Source: Adineta vaga
Taxonomy: Eukaryota; Animalia; Rotifera
Reading direction: 5' to 3'
NCBI GenBank assembly: GCA_021613535.1
Contig: CP075496.1
Span: forward strand, 930,001 to 994,000
Length of the DNA stretch: 64,000 bases
Shown: one piece after another, positions 1 through 12,564 of the stretch
How positions within the stretch are numbered: the first letter of the stretch is position 1
How the letters are laid out: every line of letters begins with the position of its first letter
Made by a program: the position numbers and the translations under genes
The notes under the pieces: generated by a model
Seen by the model: the letters and a program-made list of their open reading frames with translations, nothing else
Told to the model about the DNA's origin: nothing
Database searches by the model: none

Positions 1-1634
1 TAGATTTACATACGGGATCATTAAATCTTTTGATGCATGTTGAACATTTCGTTTCATCCATTGAATATGAATAATATTCGAGATTTCTTCAATATAATCT
101 TGATTAAATAAACGTTTACGACGAAGACCTTGTAAAACATATTTACAAGCAATACGAGCTGTTGCACGATTTTCTAATGCCCAATCGAAAGGTAATTCAT
201 TATAATTCATATTTAAAATATCAACATAAATTAATGAAGAATTCTCACGTAATTGTGCAACTTTAAGATTTCGATGAACAAGACATGAACCGACAGTAAG
301 AATCATTGGATAAATAAAATCGGATGAATTATAAAATGTTCGAGCTTTCGTTAATTTAAAACGATTTCTAACAAATGGATTTTTTTCAAGAAAACTTTTA
401 CGCCAATTTAAATGAAAACGACTTGCAACATTTTGTACATAGAATCGAAAATCTTTTCGAATTGAAATTAATTCAACATTATAACCACAGAAAAGAATAA
501 AATATATCACCAATGTTATTAGATGCATTCGACAATATGTTGATCAACTATCCGAGAAAGATTGTTACTTATCGTATTAGAGAAAATATTTCTATGTATC
601 AATGACAGATTGATGATAACTTTCTCTTCTCTATTTGTTTTAGACAAGTATGTGCTATATAAATAATACAAGCTATAATATAGAAAGATATTATGACAGA
701 TTTGTTTGAAGAATGATTATTTATTTTATAGAAAAATATTTAGTTCTTTTGAAGATCAAGAGATTTTAATCGATGACTTGACATCAATTTCATCAATCAT
801 TTGAATAGATGAAAAATGATTTCAAAAATAACTTTGATTATTCAAGAAAAATACAACAGCTGACTTTCGTTTCACATCATGATTGGTAAATTAGAACTAA
901 AGTTACTCGTATAATTACTAACACCTGACGTGTTATTTTAGTATCAAAACAACAATCATATTCAAAATATTAATTAATACAATGACTAATGTAGTGTAAA
1001 CAAAGACAATTGATTTTCTCAATCTACACGAAGTCCGAATACTTTAATATATATAACAGACTTTAACCAAATGATTACTTAATGCATAACCTTGTTTTTA
1101 TGTATATCTACTGACAATTAGCATAAGTAAAAGATAACTGTAATGAAATATGACAAGCAAATAAAACTCATTTCGGTACATGAAATGACATGTTGTCAAT
1201 CTATTTCGAGAAGTAAACTGTGGGATATGATATAATTCGAGCTAAATATCTCAACGTCAATCAGAAATAGTTATTGTAGGCGTTGAATTATAAAGAAAAA
1301 GAAAAAGAAAAAAAAATTGTTACCGAAAACGCCAAATATAAACGATCTAGAACTACTTTCTACCCACGCCTAATAGAAAGAAATATTCTATTCTAACCGA
1401 AGACAATAAATACCTCGCTAGACATACACAATTGTCTATTTTGTCAATTATTTTACTCAACAACTACTCCAGCTTTCACTCAACATTATCTAAAGAAACA
1501 AAGATGAAATAAATTAACGATTTAATCCATTAAATTCTTTATCATGATGAAAGATTTCATTTTTTACAATTAATTGAATTAACCCACATTTTGTTTTCTT
1601 TTTCTTATCTTTAGATAATATACTTAATTCAATA

Positions 1635-1977
1635 ATGTTTACACTCGAACAATTTCTTCAAAATACAACATGGAATCCAACATTGGATGAGGCTGGTGAA
1701 CCTGGCAAAAAACTTCTTCACATGCGTCTTCAAGTTAAACCCGGAACAACAGCAGAGAATTTAAATATTACACTCAATGGATTCGATTTACGTGTTAATT
1801 TTGAAAATAAAGGTAAAATATTTACTTTCAGTTTTTTCTATTATATTTTCTTTCGTGATTGTAGCTGGACCAGAATATAAACAAGTTACAATCTGGCCAA
1901 CAGCTGATCTTGAGAAATTAAAAACTGAATTGAAAGGTGATGGATATCTTCATATTACAGTACCAATTAAAGTTTAA
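1635..1977 (+). CDS. Small HSP20/alpha-crystallin-like protein (2 exons, ~96 aa)
   Basis: Exons 1635-1812 and 1865-1977 joined by a 52-nt GT..AG intron give MFTLEQ...KPGTTAENLNITLNGFDLRVNFENKAGPEYKQVTIWPTADLEKLKTELKGDGYLHITVPIKV. 'PG..AENLNITL' and 'D.EKLK.EL.GDGYLHITVP' match alpha-crystallin-domain patterns. Confidence 0.55.
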
Positions 1978-2578
1978 AGAACAAATATTTATCTAAACTT
2001 ATTTTAATCTTGTTTCTCAAAACCTTTTGTAGTTGATTTTAGTTTATCCGTTTGAAATATTTGAATAAAAATTATATGAAATTCTTAACGATTGAATATT
2101 CATGATAGAAAGGTTTTTATTTCAAAGAAGTAATCAATTCTAGTTTTGTCTCTTGGTACAAATAGTCCTACTTGTATTTGTACCTATTTTCTATGAATTA
2201 ATGGATATTCATAGAATAGTAATGTTATTGTAAATGCTTTTATCTTCAAGAAGCGAAAATAAATAATTATATTCATCCAATTGTATGATCTGTTTTTTCA
2301 TAGATGTATTTTCATGAAATACACGTTAAGAACATATCTTTTTTTGTATACGTGACATTTCTTAGTTAATGATCGTCGTCTGTTCTTGTATATATCATAT
2401 GTACGGTTTCTGTACTGATAATCTATTTTTCTCCTCTGATAAACATGCGTTTCAGATATTCTTTTTCTTCCTCTCACGTCGTTTCTCCATTTATTATTGT
2501 TTCTTTTTAGAAAGAAAACGAAGAAGCATTAGTATATCTCGAGATTATTCATAACGACATACGATTCTTACATTTCAT

Positions 2579-3115
2579 ATGATGTTCAAACTTGCTGTAT
2601 ATTTATCAATTGTTGCCGTCTTAGGATTGGCAGCCAATGGTTTTCTATTTAGTCACAAAGAAAAATGCCAAATATCAGTTTATAAAGGTGGAAAAGATTT
2701 TAGTGGTGATAAAATTATGGCAAATAAATCATTTATTCCTTATTTAAAATCAATTAGTGCTGTTGCTAAAGGATGTAAAGTACGTGTTCATGTTGTTGAT
2801 TCATATAAACAATTGAAAACACCAACTGAATATGTTTTATCATCACAAATGCCATTGGCTCTTGGTCGTGGTATTCATTTTGATTTACAAAATCCAAAGG
2901 GTTCAACTGTATGCAATAAATTATGTATGACAACACGTTCATGGAAAAGTCTTCCTGAAGCTGCTTGTTTTATCGATAATGTTCAAAAGAAAGGTGTTAA
3001 ATTTACTGAACCAAATCTTTTACATGATGGTTATGCAACTAAAGCAAGTACAACTGAATTAGAAGCACTCAAAGTAGCAACACAAAAATTATGTGCACCA
3101 AAAACCAAAGGTTAA
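2579..3115 (+). CDS. Secreted protein, peptidase M15 (Hedgehog/DD-peptidase fold)-like, catalytic residues apparently lost
   Basis: Intronless 178-aa ORF with signal peptide. Segments 'VRVHVVDSYK', 'LGRGIHFDL', 'CNKLC' and 'CFID..QKKG' are colinear with M15-type 'VYVTSSFR / SNHxxGxAIDxN / CNSxC / CFI..GLRWGG..DPVH' motifs. Confidence 0.55.
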   Translation: MMFKLAVYLSIVAVLGLAANGFLFSHKEKCQISVYKGGKDFSGDKIMANKSFIPYLKSISAVAKGCKVRVHVVDSYKQLKTPTEYVLSSQMPLALGRGIHFDLQNPKGSTVCNKLCMTTRSWKSLPEAACFIDNVQKKGVKFTEPNLLHDGYATKASTTELEALKVATQKLCAPKTKG

Positions 3116-3817
3116 AAACAATTATCATTAAAATTATATAAACATTATCCCTTAATTTTCTCCTTTGAACCTACCTAATTGTGGATTACATTCAATCAAA
3201 ATAGTCTTTTTTCTCGAGCAGTAATGATAATAAAACATACATTTCACTGTTGTGTCGATTGCTTCCTTTCATTGTAATACGATGATTAATATAACTATAA
3301 AGTCAATAAAATTCTGCGATCTATCTTGAACTTCGATTTCGAATTTTTATTTGAAATTAATGATCGAAACTATCGGTATAATATAATTTTTGATTCTTAT
3401 TTTGATAGTCACATATATGATAAAATCTGTATTTGTTGTTGTTATTTTTACCTTTTCGTTTTGCGACGATATTTGCTATTGTTTGTATATATTTATTATC
3501 GTATTCAAATGTTATAGTGTTCTCTGTTCAGACAAATATGGTTATTAGTTTGAATCATGCGTACACCGTATGTTTTAGTAGTCTTCCATGATAGAAGTTA
3601 TAGATGTATCAATATTTATTGAAAAAAAATATACTAGATACATTTCTAAATAAAGCTTCAAACGATTTTTAAAAAAGTAATACGAAAGCTCAATGTTATT
3701 GGTTCTTGTGTGCTTCAGTATTTAGATAAATGCTTCAATGAAGTATAATTAATGATGAATATGAATAATGTACACTAATATATAGTAAGAGCTGGATGAA
3801 AGTCACACAGATGCAGT

Positions 3818-4054
3818 TCAAAGTTGGAATGAACGTCTTGGTATTCGCGAAAAACTACCGAGACCACCGTACATATATATATCGTCATAGACGCTTCGTG
3901 AAGGATATGGATGTTCTCCGTCGGTTACTGGATATTTGTATGCCGATGATGAAACAGAAGGTGCTGAGAAAATTGTCAACGCTGCCATTGCACTAGTTGC
4001 TATTGCTACCACTCCAACAACAATGGCAACTACAGCTATTGATTCTACAACCAT
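3818..4054 (-). CDS. Possible small single-pass membrane protein (78 aa)
   Basis: ATG-started ORF with long hydrophobic N-terminus and codon usage like the real genes here; no recognisable family. Confidence 0.3.
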   Translation of the reverse strand: MVVESIAVVAIVVGVVAIATSAMAALTIFSAPSVSSSAYKYPVTDGEHPYPSRSVYDDIYMYGGLGSFSRIPRRSFQL

Positions 4055-4503
4055 AGTTTAATTATAAAAAGTAACTTTGTTGATTGATTATAACGAGGCA
4101 AAAAAAGTAATTTATGTCTATATAAGATACGTATCGTTTAGTAGAAACGAATGCAAAAAAATAATACGCAAGCGTTTCAAATATTTTCTTTCTGCTCTTA
4201 GCTGTCGGTCACGCTATTTGCACATATTTTTCATGTTTTATATTCCTTCGTTAAGCGTTACTGAAAAATCATGTCAGACCAACAAACACATACGTTATAA
4301 TCATAGACACCTTCGAATGGAGGCTTACCAAGAAATAGTTATGAGATAAACGAAAATAATATGTATATCTTTCTAACAGAGAAAATGAATCTTTCTTTCG
4401 TTCTATATTTCAATTGTATTAATAGAATTGGGTCAAAAACTAAATCCTTTAGTATTTACGTATAATAGAAGGTGCATTATTAAATTCTTTTCTTGTATCG
4501 CAG

Positions 4504-4676
4504 TAGTGTCAAACTTGAAACTTGAATTCAATTGAAACTGTTCAATTCAAGTTTCAAATGAAACTATCTGCCACACACCCTCAACCAGCTATTACCCCAC
4601 ACAACATGCAATTAAAATTTTTTTCAATTGAAATTTTTCTTTTCAATTGAATACAAATTTCAAGCTTTACATGTAT
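4504..4676. mobile_element. MITE-like element, copy 1
   Basis: Starts TAGTGTCAAACTTGAAA and ends TTTCAAGCTTTACATGTA (imperfect inverted ends, internal TTCAATTGAA palindromes). Both ends recur joined together at 9579-9632. Confidence 0.5.
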
Positions 4677-4816
4677 GAAGAATTTGAAAGAAATCGACGT
4701 CAATGGGAAGAAAATTTCAATAAACAAGGATTTCATGATCAAAATTCTTCTCATTCGTAAATTTCACTTGTTTTTTTTTTCTTTTTAGAAAATCAACGAA
4801 AAAAGGTCTTTTTTGA
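4677..4816 (+). pseudogene. Septin (SEPT7/peanut-type) C-terminal fragment
   Basis: EEFERNRRQWEENFNKQGFHDQNSSHS + intron 4757-4788 + KSTKKGLF*. This resembles the SEPT7-group C-terminus (F..E...WE...QNSS...KKG(L/K)(I)F*). No upstream exons; it abuts the MITE. Confidence 0.6.
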
Positions 4817-6542
4817 ATCTGATCTTCTCTTTAAACATTGTTTTGAATTTTGAATTTTTTTGTTCGAATGCTTTTTTTCTTTAAAATAGTATGTAGAAAT
4901 TCGAATAAATAAATCTCACTCACTGGTTTAGAATATTTATTCAAAGGAATCAAATATTCTGTTATATTCATCGTTCGTATATGAGAAATCAATTCGATTA
5001 TTAATGAAATTTCTATGTAAACTGGAAATTATTTCACATAAAGAAATAATAACAAAAAGAAACATTCATTTTTCTACTCATTATTGAATTCGTGCTTGCT
5101 GTTATACAGTTAGATGAATCGTTCCATTTGTTTCTTATTGAAAAATAGTACATGAACATGATATATTCGTCTAGCTGATTGTGTTCATTAACGTCTATAG
5201 GAATGAAAAGAAGAAAAGTAAAGAAATTTCGTTTCGATCTGACGTATTTTGTAAAATATAAATACATGACTTGTTGCACTAGTTATTTCATGTAAACATT
5301 TTCAAAATCATCTAAACTCTACACCTATAAGAATAATATGAATCATTTTTTTTGAGTGTGTATTGGCGTTGTCTTTTGTGGATTTCTGCCGTTCTTGTTG
5401 TGCATAGCTCAATTTTGTACGATATGGAGTCGAGGAAGAGTCGGCAATATATACTATGATTATAAAAGATACGCAAGCTTTGTGTGCATTAATTATGGTG
5501 TTTGTTGGTTTAAAAATAAAAGACGTTAAATATAAAATATGGAATCGATCAGTCATGGATTATTTGAATTGGTTTGCTGGTGTTTTGGGTTGTTTAACAA
5601 CTTTATCATCAATCAAACATTTTATTCCTCCTTTTGTAGATCTTACTATTCAATTTCTATTTTGTATTGTATGTCTTCTTTTTTATTTCTTAGTTACACG
5701 TGGTACTGTAATCATTACGAGAAAGATGAATAAACAATACTTTTAAACATTTTCTTTTATTTTGAAATTTGTTTTCTTTCGAATTGGATAAAATATCGTG
5801 TCTACATCCTTTATGAGACGATAACTACGTACAGATGTTTTCTTTACTATATTTTCTTCTTGTTGATGCTCGTGTGTAGTATATGTGTGTGTGTGAATTC
5901 AAGTTTATTGGAACGAACACAACAACAGTACCAACAGAAAAAACGAGAGAAGAGGAAGAAGAAGAAGAAGAGAGAGCAAACAAAATCCAGGGAGAGAGAG
6001 AGTACATGTATATATGTACTAACATATATACGCAATAGTCATGTATGTGACTGTTGATCACGCACAGACACAGTGGAATCGAAAGGAGATAAGTGAAGAA
6101 AAATAGGTCAATGTGAGGAAAGTACTAGGTAGTCAGTCTATATCTTTAATACTTCTTTCGTTAAGAATTAATTTCAAAACAAATTCCATTAGTCATGCTC
6201 TATACTTTCTCTTCAACAACGTATGTGCACATACATATCTATAAGAAAAGAGAGAAAGTATGAAGAAAAGTCTTAAATTGGATTTCAATTTATTCATTCG
6301 AATAAGAATTTCTGTGAGAAATAGATTAAGTTTTCGTCATCTTTTTCAATAAATATTTACCTATATACTATGTACTTTATAAAATAATGAAAAAGAAAAC
6401 AAAATTCAATATTTTAAGCAAAATTTGATATGTTATTATTTATTTAAATAATCACATAAACAAAAATCTTGTCATTATGTTCATACCTTAACATTTTTAC
6501 AATCATGGTTCTGGTTATGTTTTCTTCCATGAAACATGATAG

Positions 6543-7728
6543 TTACGTTGCATATGCTATTCGCCTATGTTCAGATCTAATTGATGCATATTTAATACCA
6601 AGAAAGAAAGCAAAACCAATACTGATAAGAAAAATAAAGAAATGCATTGCAAACATAATTATATGGCGCAGATCAAAGAGAATTTCAACTGGTCGACAAG
6701 CAGTTGTAACAATCATTTGACTGAGAATAAATAAAATGATAAAATACATCAGTTTTTGTCGACCCCAACAAAACCAACAATAAGGATTAGCAAGATATTT
6801 AGGAGAAATATTTTTGAATGATGATTGAACTAGACTGAGAATCAATATGATGATACCACCCTCAATGACGTTGATAACACTCATGTAAACGTAACTGCCG
6901 ATATTGTCGATATAGGCTGTTGTTGATAGAAAACATCTCGCTAAAAAGAAAGAAATTTACAATTGAGATTATTAGTAAAAGATCGAAAAGAATATTTTCA
7001 TTAAATAAAAAAATATCTTTTCAAACTATTTTCATTTCAAAAAACTTCACATATATTTCCCATTTTATTTTTCAAATTCTTCGAAAAAGTTTCATACTTT
7101 CTATTTTAGGATCTTTTCTCACAGATTATTATTAAACCTGTTATTCTGACAATTACATCAATATCAAAAGTATGAAAGAGACTTTTGTCGGATTCCCGAA
7201 CAATATTGATAGTACATAGAAAAGTATAGATTCATTCGATTTGATGACAACTTTCCCTAACGCATTCTTAAACATATATTTTTTCATTGAAAAATGATTT
7301 CTCTTTTTCTCATGAAAGTTTTTGTCTGTGAAAAAGATTTCGAGATATCATTATACTTCTAGTTCGATCAAAGCTAAGCTATCAAAGTTTATTTTATTTA
7401 CTCGAAAATGACTGATAATATTCTTACTGAAAAGCACGAAAAATATATTGATTCAAAGAGAAATTATTCAATTTCAGTACTAATTTAATCCTTGAAATTC
7501 TTATTTGGTTTAATCAAATAACGACTTACTTGCAAGAGCAAATTCATATGGTTCATAAGATGCAAATGATTGATTCATTTTAGACAATGATGATTTCGCC
7601 TTGATTATTGATCTAGTATTAATTATATGTGGCCAAACTGCTGCAAAATGGCAAGCTATATATACCATACAACAGATACATTGTATTCGAAGATACCAAG
7701 TAAAATAACGACTCAACTTTGTTTTCAA
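6543..7728 (-). CDS. Probable multi-exon multi-pass membrane protein, unknown family; boundaries uncertain
   Basis: Two same-strand hydrophobic ORFs (7510-7728, 6543-6884) with TM-like stretches; exon structure not fully resolved. Confidence 0.3.
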
Positions 7729-8924
7729 TCTAAATGAAATATGCCCTATAGAATCTTTTAAAAAATCATTGAGATTATTTTTTTGAAAAGATTTTCGATA
7801 ATTTTATACCCGAAGTGATTGAGAAAGTTGAAAACCCAATCATTCGTCATTGTTGAATGTTTTGGAATAGGAAATGATCGAATTGTTGTCATACTTTGGT
7901 CTCTAAATGGTCAAAAATAAAAATTTTACTTCAATTCAAAAGTTATGATTGAAAAGATATATCTATTCACATTGTCGAGAAAAACGTTTAGCTAATTTAT
8001 TGCTATGAAATAGAATATAATAAACAATTCAATGAATAATCGTTCTATATCAATAACTTCAATAAAGAGACAATGATGTCTCATTCACACAAGGAAAATA
8101 TCACTGCCACATACGATTTCCATTGGTTAATTAAACTTCTCTTTTTTTTCCATTTTGGACGAGGTCAGTAGGTTAATTAAAGAATGGAATAGATGTGTTC
8201 AGAATATATGAATTGATCGAAAGAAATGTATTTTATGTGTTTATCTTTACAATAAACCGATAAGATATTTATTTTCAATAAATTGTTTCTAAATTAGATG
8301 AACTTTTTAGAACAGATGTATTAACAAGAATCCATTTTGACATCTTTTTACCATGTTGAATCAAAATCTGCATAATTTCTCCTCTTCGATGTAATGATGT
8401 TGAACAAACAAGTAAACGAGATTCTTCACGAAAAACTAATGAACAAAAACGTTGTGGTTGTAATCTTAATCCAGACCATCGGGAGCAACGAACTGATGCT
8501 ACACCAGCAAGTAAACCAGATATGGAAACATCCCAAACTAACGAAATATACTGATTTTCTTTAGAAAAAAGTGAAAGATTTCATTTTATTGCAAAAGAAA
8601 TGTTAGTAATACCATAATAAAAAGATGCTTGATAAAGATGGTCACGAATAAATGATGAATAAACGAATTCAAATCCATTACATGAAAGAAACTTTTAGAA
8701 AAATTTTTTGAACCAAAGTACATTTTTTACCTACAATAATGTGGTAACTGTTGAGCATTCCAAGCTAAATGATGAATAACATATTTTCCATCTCTTAAAG
8801 TTGCAATTTCAGCCATATCAGCACCACGAAATAAAGTTTTTTATCATAAAAAAATGTTTCATTGAAAAATTCTTTTATTAAATCATCTTTATAAAAATTG
8901 AAACTTTGTTTTCTTTGATTTAAA

Positions 8925-9538
8925 ATGAATGAAAATTCAACAATTGATAGTCCTCCTCCTTCTCCAATTCCACCACCACCTCCACCTCCTCATCCATCGG
9001 GCTTAACATCATAAACAACTCGAAAAAGTTCTCCACATCGAACAACAACTGATGATCTTCATCAATCTCCACTTCTTCAAAGTTTATCATCTTCATCAAC
9101 AACAAATGGAGATTATCGTCCATTACGATCATTAAATCCTTCTTCATCAATATCCAAATTACTTTCAACACGTCGAGAATCTGAATTAAATTGTTTAAAT
9201 AAAGATCAACAACAACAAACAGCACCACGTATAAGAGAAATCAGTTCAGATATTGGTTTTGTTTCATTACCTGATCAAGTTCATCGACGAGCCGTGAAAA
9301 AAGGTTTTGAATTTAATTTAATGGTTGTTGGTCAATCTGGTTTAGGAAAATCAACATTTATAAATACTTTATTTCAAACTGAACTTTATGGTCAAGATTT
9401 TCTATCAACTGTTCATTGGGAAAAGAAAACTGTTACTATTGATTCATCATCAATTATTTTAAAAGAAAAAGGTGTTCAATTACGTTTAACTATTTTTGAT
9501 ACACCTGGTTTTGGAGATTGAGTTGATAATTCAAATTG
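8925..9538 (+). pseudogene. Septin (SEPT7-like) 5' exon pseudogene
   Basis: Pro-rich N-terminus, then [41 protein letters not shown]...[11 protein letters not shown]. In-frame stops at 9012-9014 (TAA) and 9519-9521 (TGA). Donor at 9539 with no downstream septin exons. Confidence 0.9.
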
Positions 9539-9578
9539 GTTTGTTTTTAAAAACAACTTTTCTTTTTCTTTTCCAGTA

Positions 9579-9632
9579 TAGTGTCAAACTTGAAACTTTT
9601 CAATTGAATACAAATTTCAAGCTTTACATGTA
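9579..9632. mobile_element. MITE-like element, internally deleted copy 2
   Basis: Left end and right end of the 4504-4676 element joined, same orientation. Confidence 0.5.
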
Positions 9633-9943
9633 TGGACGAGAGAGCACTTCATGTTTTTCTATCTGAGTAATTTTGAGAAAATAAATAAAGAAAAAGAGGA
9701 AATTAAACAAGATTAGCGGTAATCATTAATACATAAGTAGTTCGTTTAATTTGTTATGGGTGTGAGAAATCTCAGAAAGGAAACAGAGAAAACAACAAAA
9801 AGATAGCAAAGATAAAATTACAATTACATTTGAAATACCGGATCAATTAGTATTGCATCTCATGCGAACACATCAGGTGATGATGGTCTTATCATTTCTT
9901 ATTCATTGTAAGTATACTAAAATAAGTTATCTAATTTTATGCA

Positions 9944-10131
9944 GACGATGGAAAGTGGAATTATGATCGTCGACACTGTCCTTCACACATAAATAAACAT
10001 AATGCTACATCATTATTAACTTCTACGGATTACGAAAATCTTATTTTTTTCTCAATGATATCTCCAATGTTCATGAAAAGAATATCATGAAATGTATAAT
10101 AATTACAAAAAAATGGTATGAAACCCAAAAG
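9944..10131 (+). pseudogene. Decayed finger exon of the unknown C2H2-like family
   Basis: AG/GT-bounded exon with 'RHCPS' and 'EYHEMYNNYKKWYETQK' in shifted frames, matching 'YRCPSDP...DWHDIKNNYEKWYMEKK'. Confidence 0.55.
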
Positions 10132-10375
10132 GTAAGTTCAAAACATATGATTTAGTGAAGTTTAACAAAAAATCAAATCAAAAGCTTTAAACATGATACC
10201 AAGATGAACCTTAAGAAATTATATTTATTTGATTTTTTTATGGTACTTTCTTCTCTTAGGAACTTTGGTTATCATGGGAAAATGCATTACTACGTGAAAT
10301 CTCGGTTATGATTTGTTTAAAGAACAAAAATTAATTGCTAAAAAGAGAAGAAGAAGGTCTATCGATTCGATAATT

Positions 10376-10545
10376 TACTACATCCATATTCCATCAATCG
10401 TTCTCTGAACAATTGTTTCATTACAAAGATAAAACGAAGTGACAATAAATGGAAAAAAATGAATCTAAAAATACCAATTTGGCTCATCACTTTCAATTAA
10501 TTTGGCATTCAATCATGCTTGAATTTATGCATTAAGATCAGTCAT
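10376..10545 (-). pseudogene. ENY2: ENY2 pseudogene (old decayed copy)
   Basis: [19 protein letters not shown] / MKQLFRERLMEYG versus intact [21 protein letters not shown] / [13 protein letters not shown]. Confidence 0.75.
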
Positions 10546-10710
10546 TGCTTTGCCAAAGAAAAATGGATTGAAATAATCTAGAATAAAAGAAATAAAGCGA
10601 TGTTAGTATTGATAGAAAATGATGTTAATGTTCTATGTTTAAGGAGAAAAGATAAATACACGATTAAAAAAATAAAAAAGACAGAACAATGAGTCTTTTA
10701 GGCTATTCGA

Positions 10711-10780
10711 TTAATAAAATGATAATCGACTCTAACTTTGAAGACGATGAAAGAATGGTATCTATGTCCAAATTATTTTT
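10711..10780 (-). pseudogene. Decayed NDUFA10 3'-end fragment
   Basis: Reverse complement aligns to the NDUFA10 last-exon sequence (aataattggga...accattctt...caaagttggactcgtttacc.ttttattaa) with indels. Confidence 0.6.
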
Positions 10781-11270
10781 TATAAGAAGAACTTTATTCA
10801 ACATATCATATTCGTAAATAAGTAAAAGATAGAAATCCATATAAAATAGATTCAACAGAAGACTACATGGACACATGCAGAAATCACATTTATTGATTAT
10901 ATTTTTTTAAATTTCCCTTAAACTTAGTTAAAAGTTTTTAACAGATTTTTCATAATCAGTATGAAAACAATTTCGTCATATACAGACGAAAGATGTCATC
11001 CATAGTTAAACATCGCCGAATTTATTCCTTTCAATTTTCACTATCTTTTTTTTCTTCTTTTCTATTCCACTTGCATTTTGATAGATATATACATATACAT
11101 ATGTATATATACAAATTGAATGGTTAGTTAATTGTTTTTCTTTTCGTTTAGTATCTTTACTTGATAAAAACTTTATCATATACTTATCCAAGTTCATGGT
11201 CGCAAAAAAACAAATTATTTTCATGTAAAATCGAATGATTACATTGAATTATTGTTTTAGATTTCGTAAA

Positions 11271-11853
11271 ATGGCACATCCTATAGACGTGGTTGTGGAG
11301 AAAGTTACTCGTCGTACATTGAAGGAGTTCAATGTTGATTTTGTATTCTTACAAAAAAGTAAGAGAATGTTCATAAATTAAATATCTGTTTAATAATCAT
11401 ATGTTGGATTTAGAAGACTCTTCGTTTTTCCGATGTCCATCAGATCCAAAAGAAAATTGCATCGATGAATTTGCAAATTCAAATGATTTTGAAAATATAA
11501 AAACTATATTTGAACATATTTACAAGTGTCATCGAAACGATTGGATTGAAATTACAAAGAATTTCAAAGATTGGTATATTGAAAAAAAAGTGAGTTCTTG
11601 TACCTTTAAGAATGTTTTCACTGCTGCATTTTCATGCTAAAAGATATGCTTTCTGATCAATTTATAAGATTGTCTCATATGATTTTTCTTTCTTTTTTAG
11701 AATCTTTTTTCATCAACAGCTTCATCATCATCGATCAACGAACTCAATCAAACGATTTTAACTAGCAAAGATTTCGAAGATTATGTTGATAGAAATATAT
11801 CATCATCAACAACGACAACAAAAGATTATGTTAATAAAACTTTCATTGATAAA
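11271..11853 (+). CDS. Unknown family member, exons 1-3 (atypical C2H2-like finger + Ser/Thr linker); apparently the only intact copy; 3' exon(s) uncertain
   Basis: Exons 11271-11358, 11414-11589 and 11701-11853 splice in frame: MAHPIDVVVEK...FRCPSDPKENCIDEF...IFEHIYKCHRNDW...WYIEKK...LTSKDFEDY...TTTT. Paralogous exons occur at 32-34 kb and 39-40 kb. Confidence 0.7.
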
Positions 11854-12564
11854 GTAAGTTCATTTGTTTTTATATGAAGATGATATGGGTGAATGTGAGC
11901 ATCTGTTTTTTTTTATTATCCACACTCTTTGTCTATCGATAGATAAGTTCTATTCGTTTTACCTTCTATCCATAAGGAAATTTAGAAACAAAATAAATAG
12001 AAATTTCAGTTAAAAAGCAAGAATGAAATTTCTATAGAAATAGAATTCCGAATAAACTTTCTTGCGCGTCCAGATATTCACTAAGACCTATTGAAAGTAC
12101 AGATATTTTATGAAATAGTGGTAGTTCTTAAATTGCGCAAAACTCAATTAGATTTAACAATAAATATCAATTCGTATTTGTAATGTTCTGAGAGAAAGTT
12201 TTCTTTGACATCTATAGATTATCTATGACTTTTTTAATACTATTTATCGAAGAGATATCTTCATGTTTCCTTTCCGTTATTACTTTTTGTAAGAAATACC
12301 TCACTTTGTCTTCTAGTTCAATTGACATTGAAAACAAAGAGATGTTGCTTTTATCATGTAGCAGATAGTTTGATTGTTCGTAATATGATCGAGAGTAAAT
12401 GTATGGAATCGATGATAATTTTGTTTTCAATTTTGACATTTCCAATGTCAATCAGATAAGATGAAATTAGAGACTTTTTTAAGGAAATGTACAAGAGTAT
12501 TAAGTGAACGCTTTTGAGAGGAAATTGAGAATGAAGAAAGAATTATTCATGTTAGACAAAATGC

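Noticed and set aside
1-800. Exon-like sequence with GT/AG boundaries at the window start
   Set aside because: Multiple stops in the likely frame and no recognisable family; probably a decayed gene but not supportable.
5408-5746. Hydrophobic ORF that could be a terminal exon of a membrane protein
   Set aside because: No upstream exons or family motif identified.
5860-6060. Overlapping ORFs on both strands
   Set aside because: Produced by GA/GAA and TA/GT low-complexity tracts; looks like promoter/UTR DNA.
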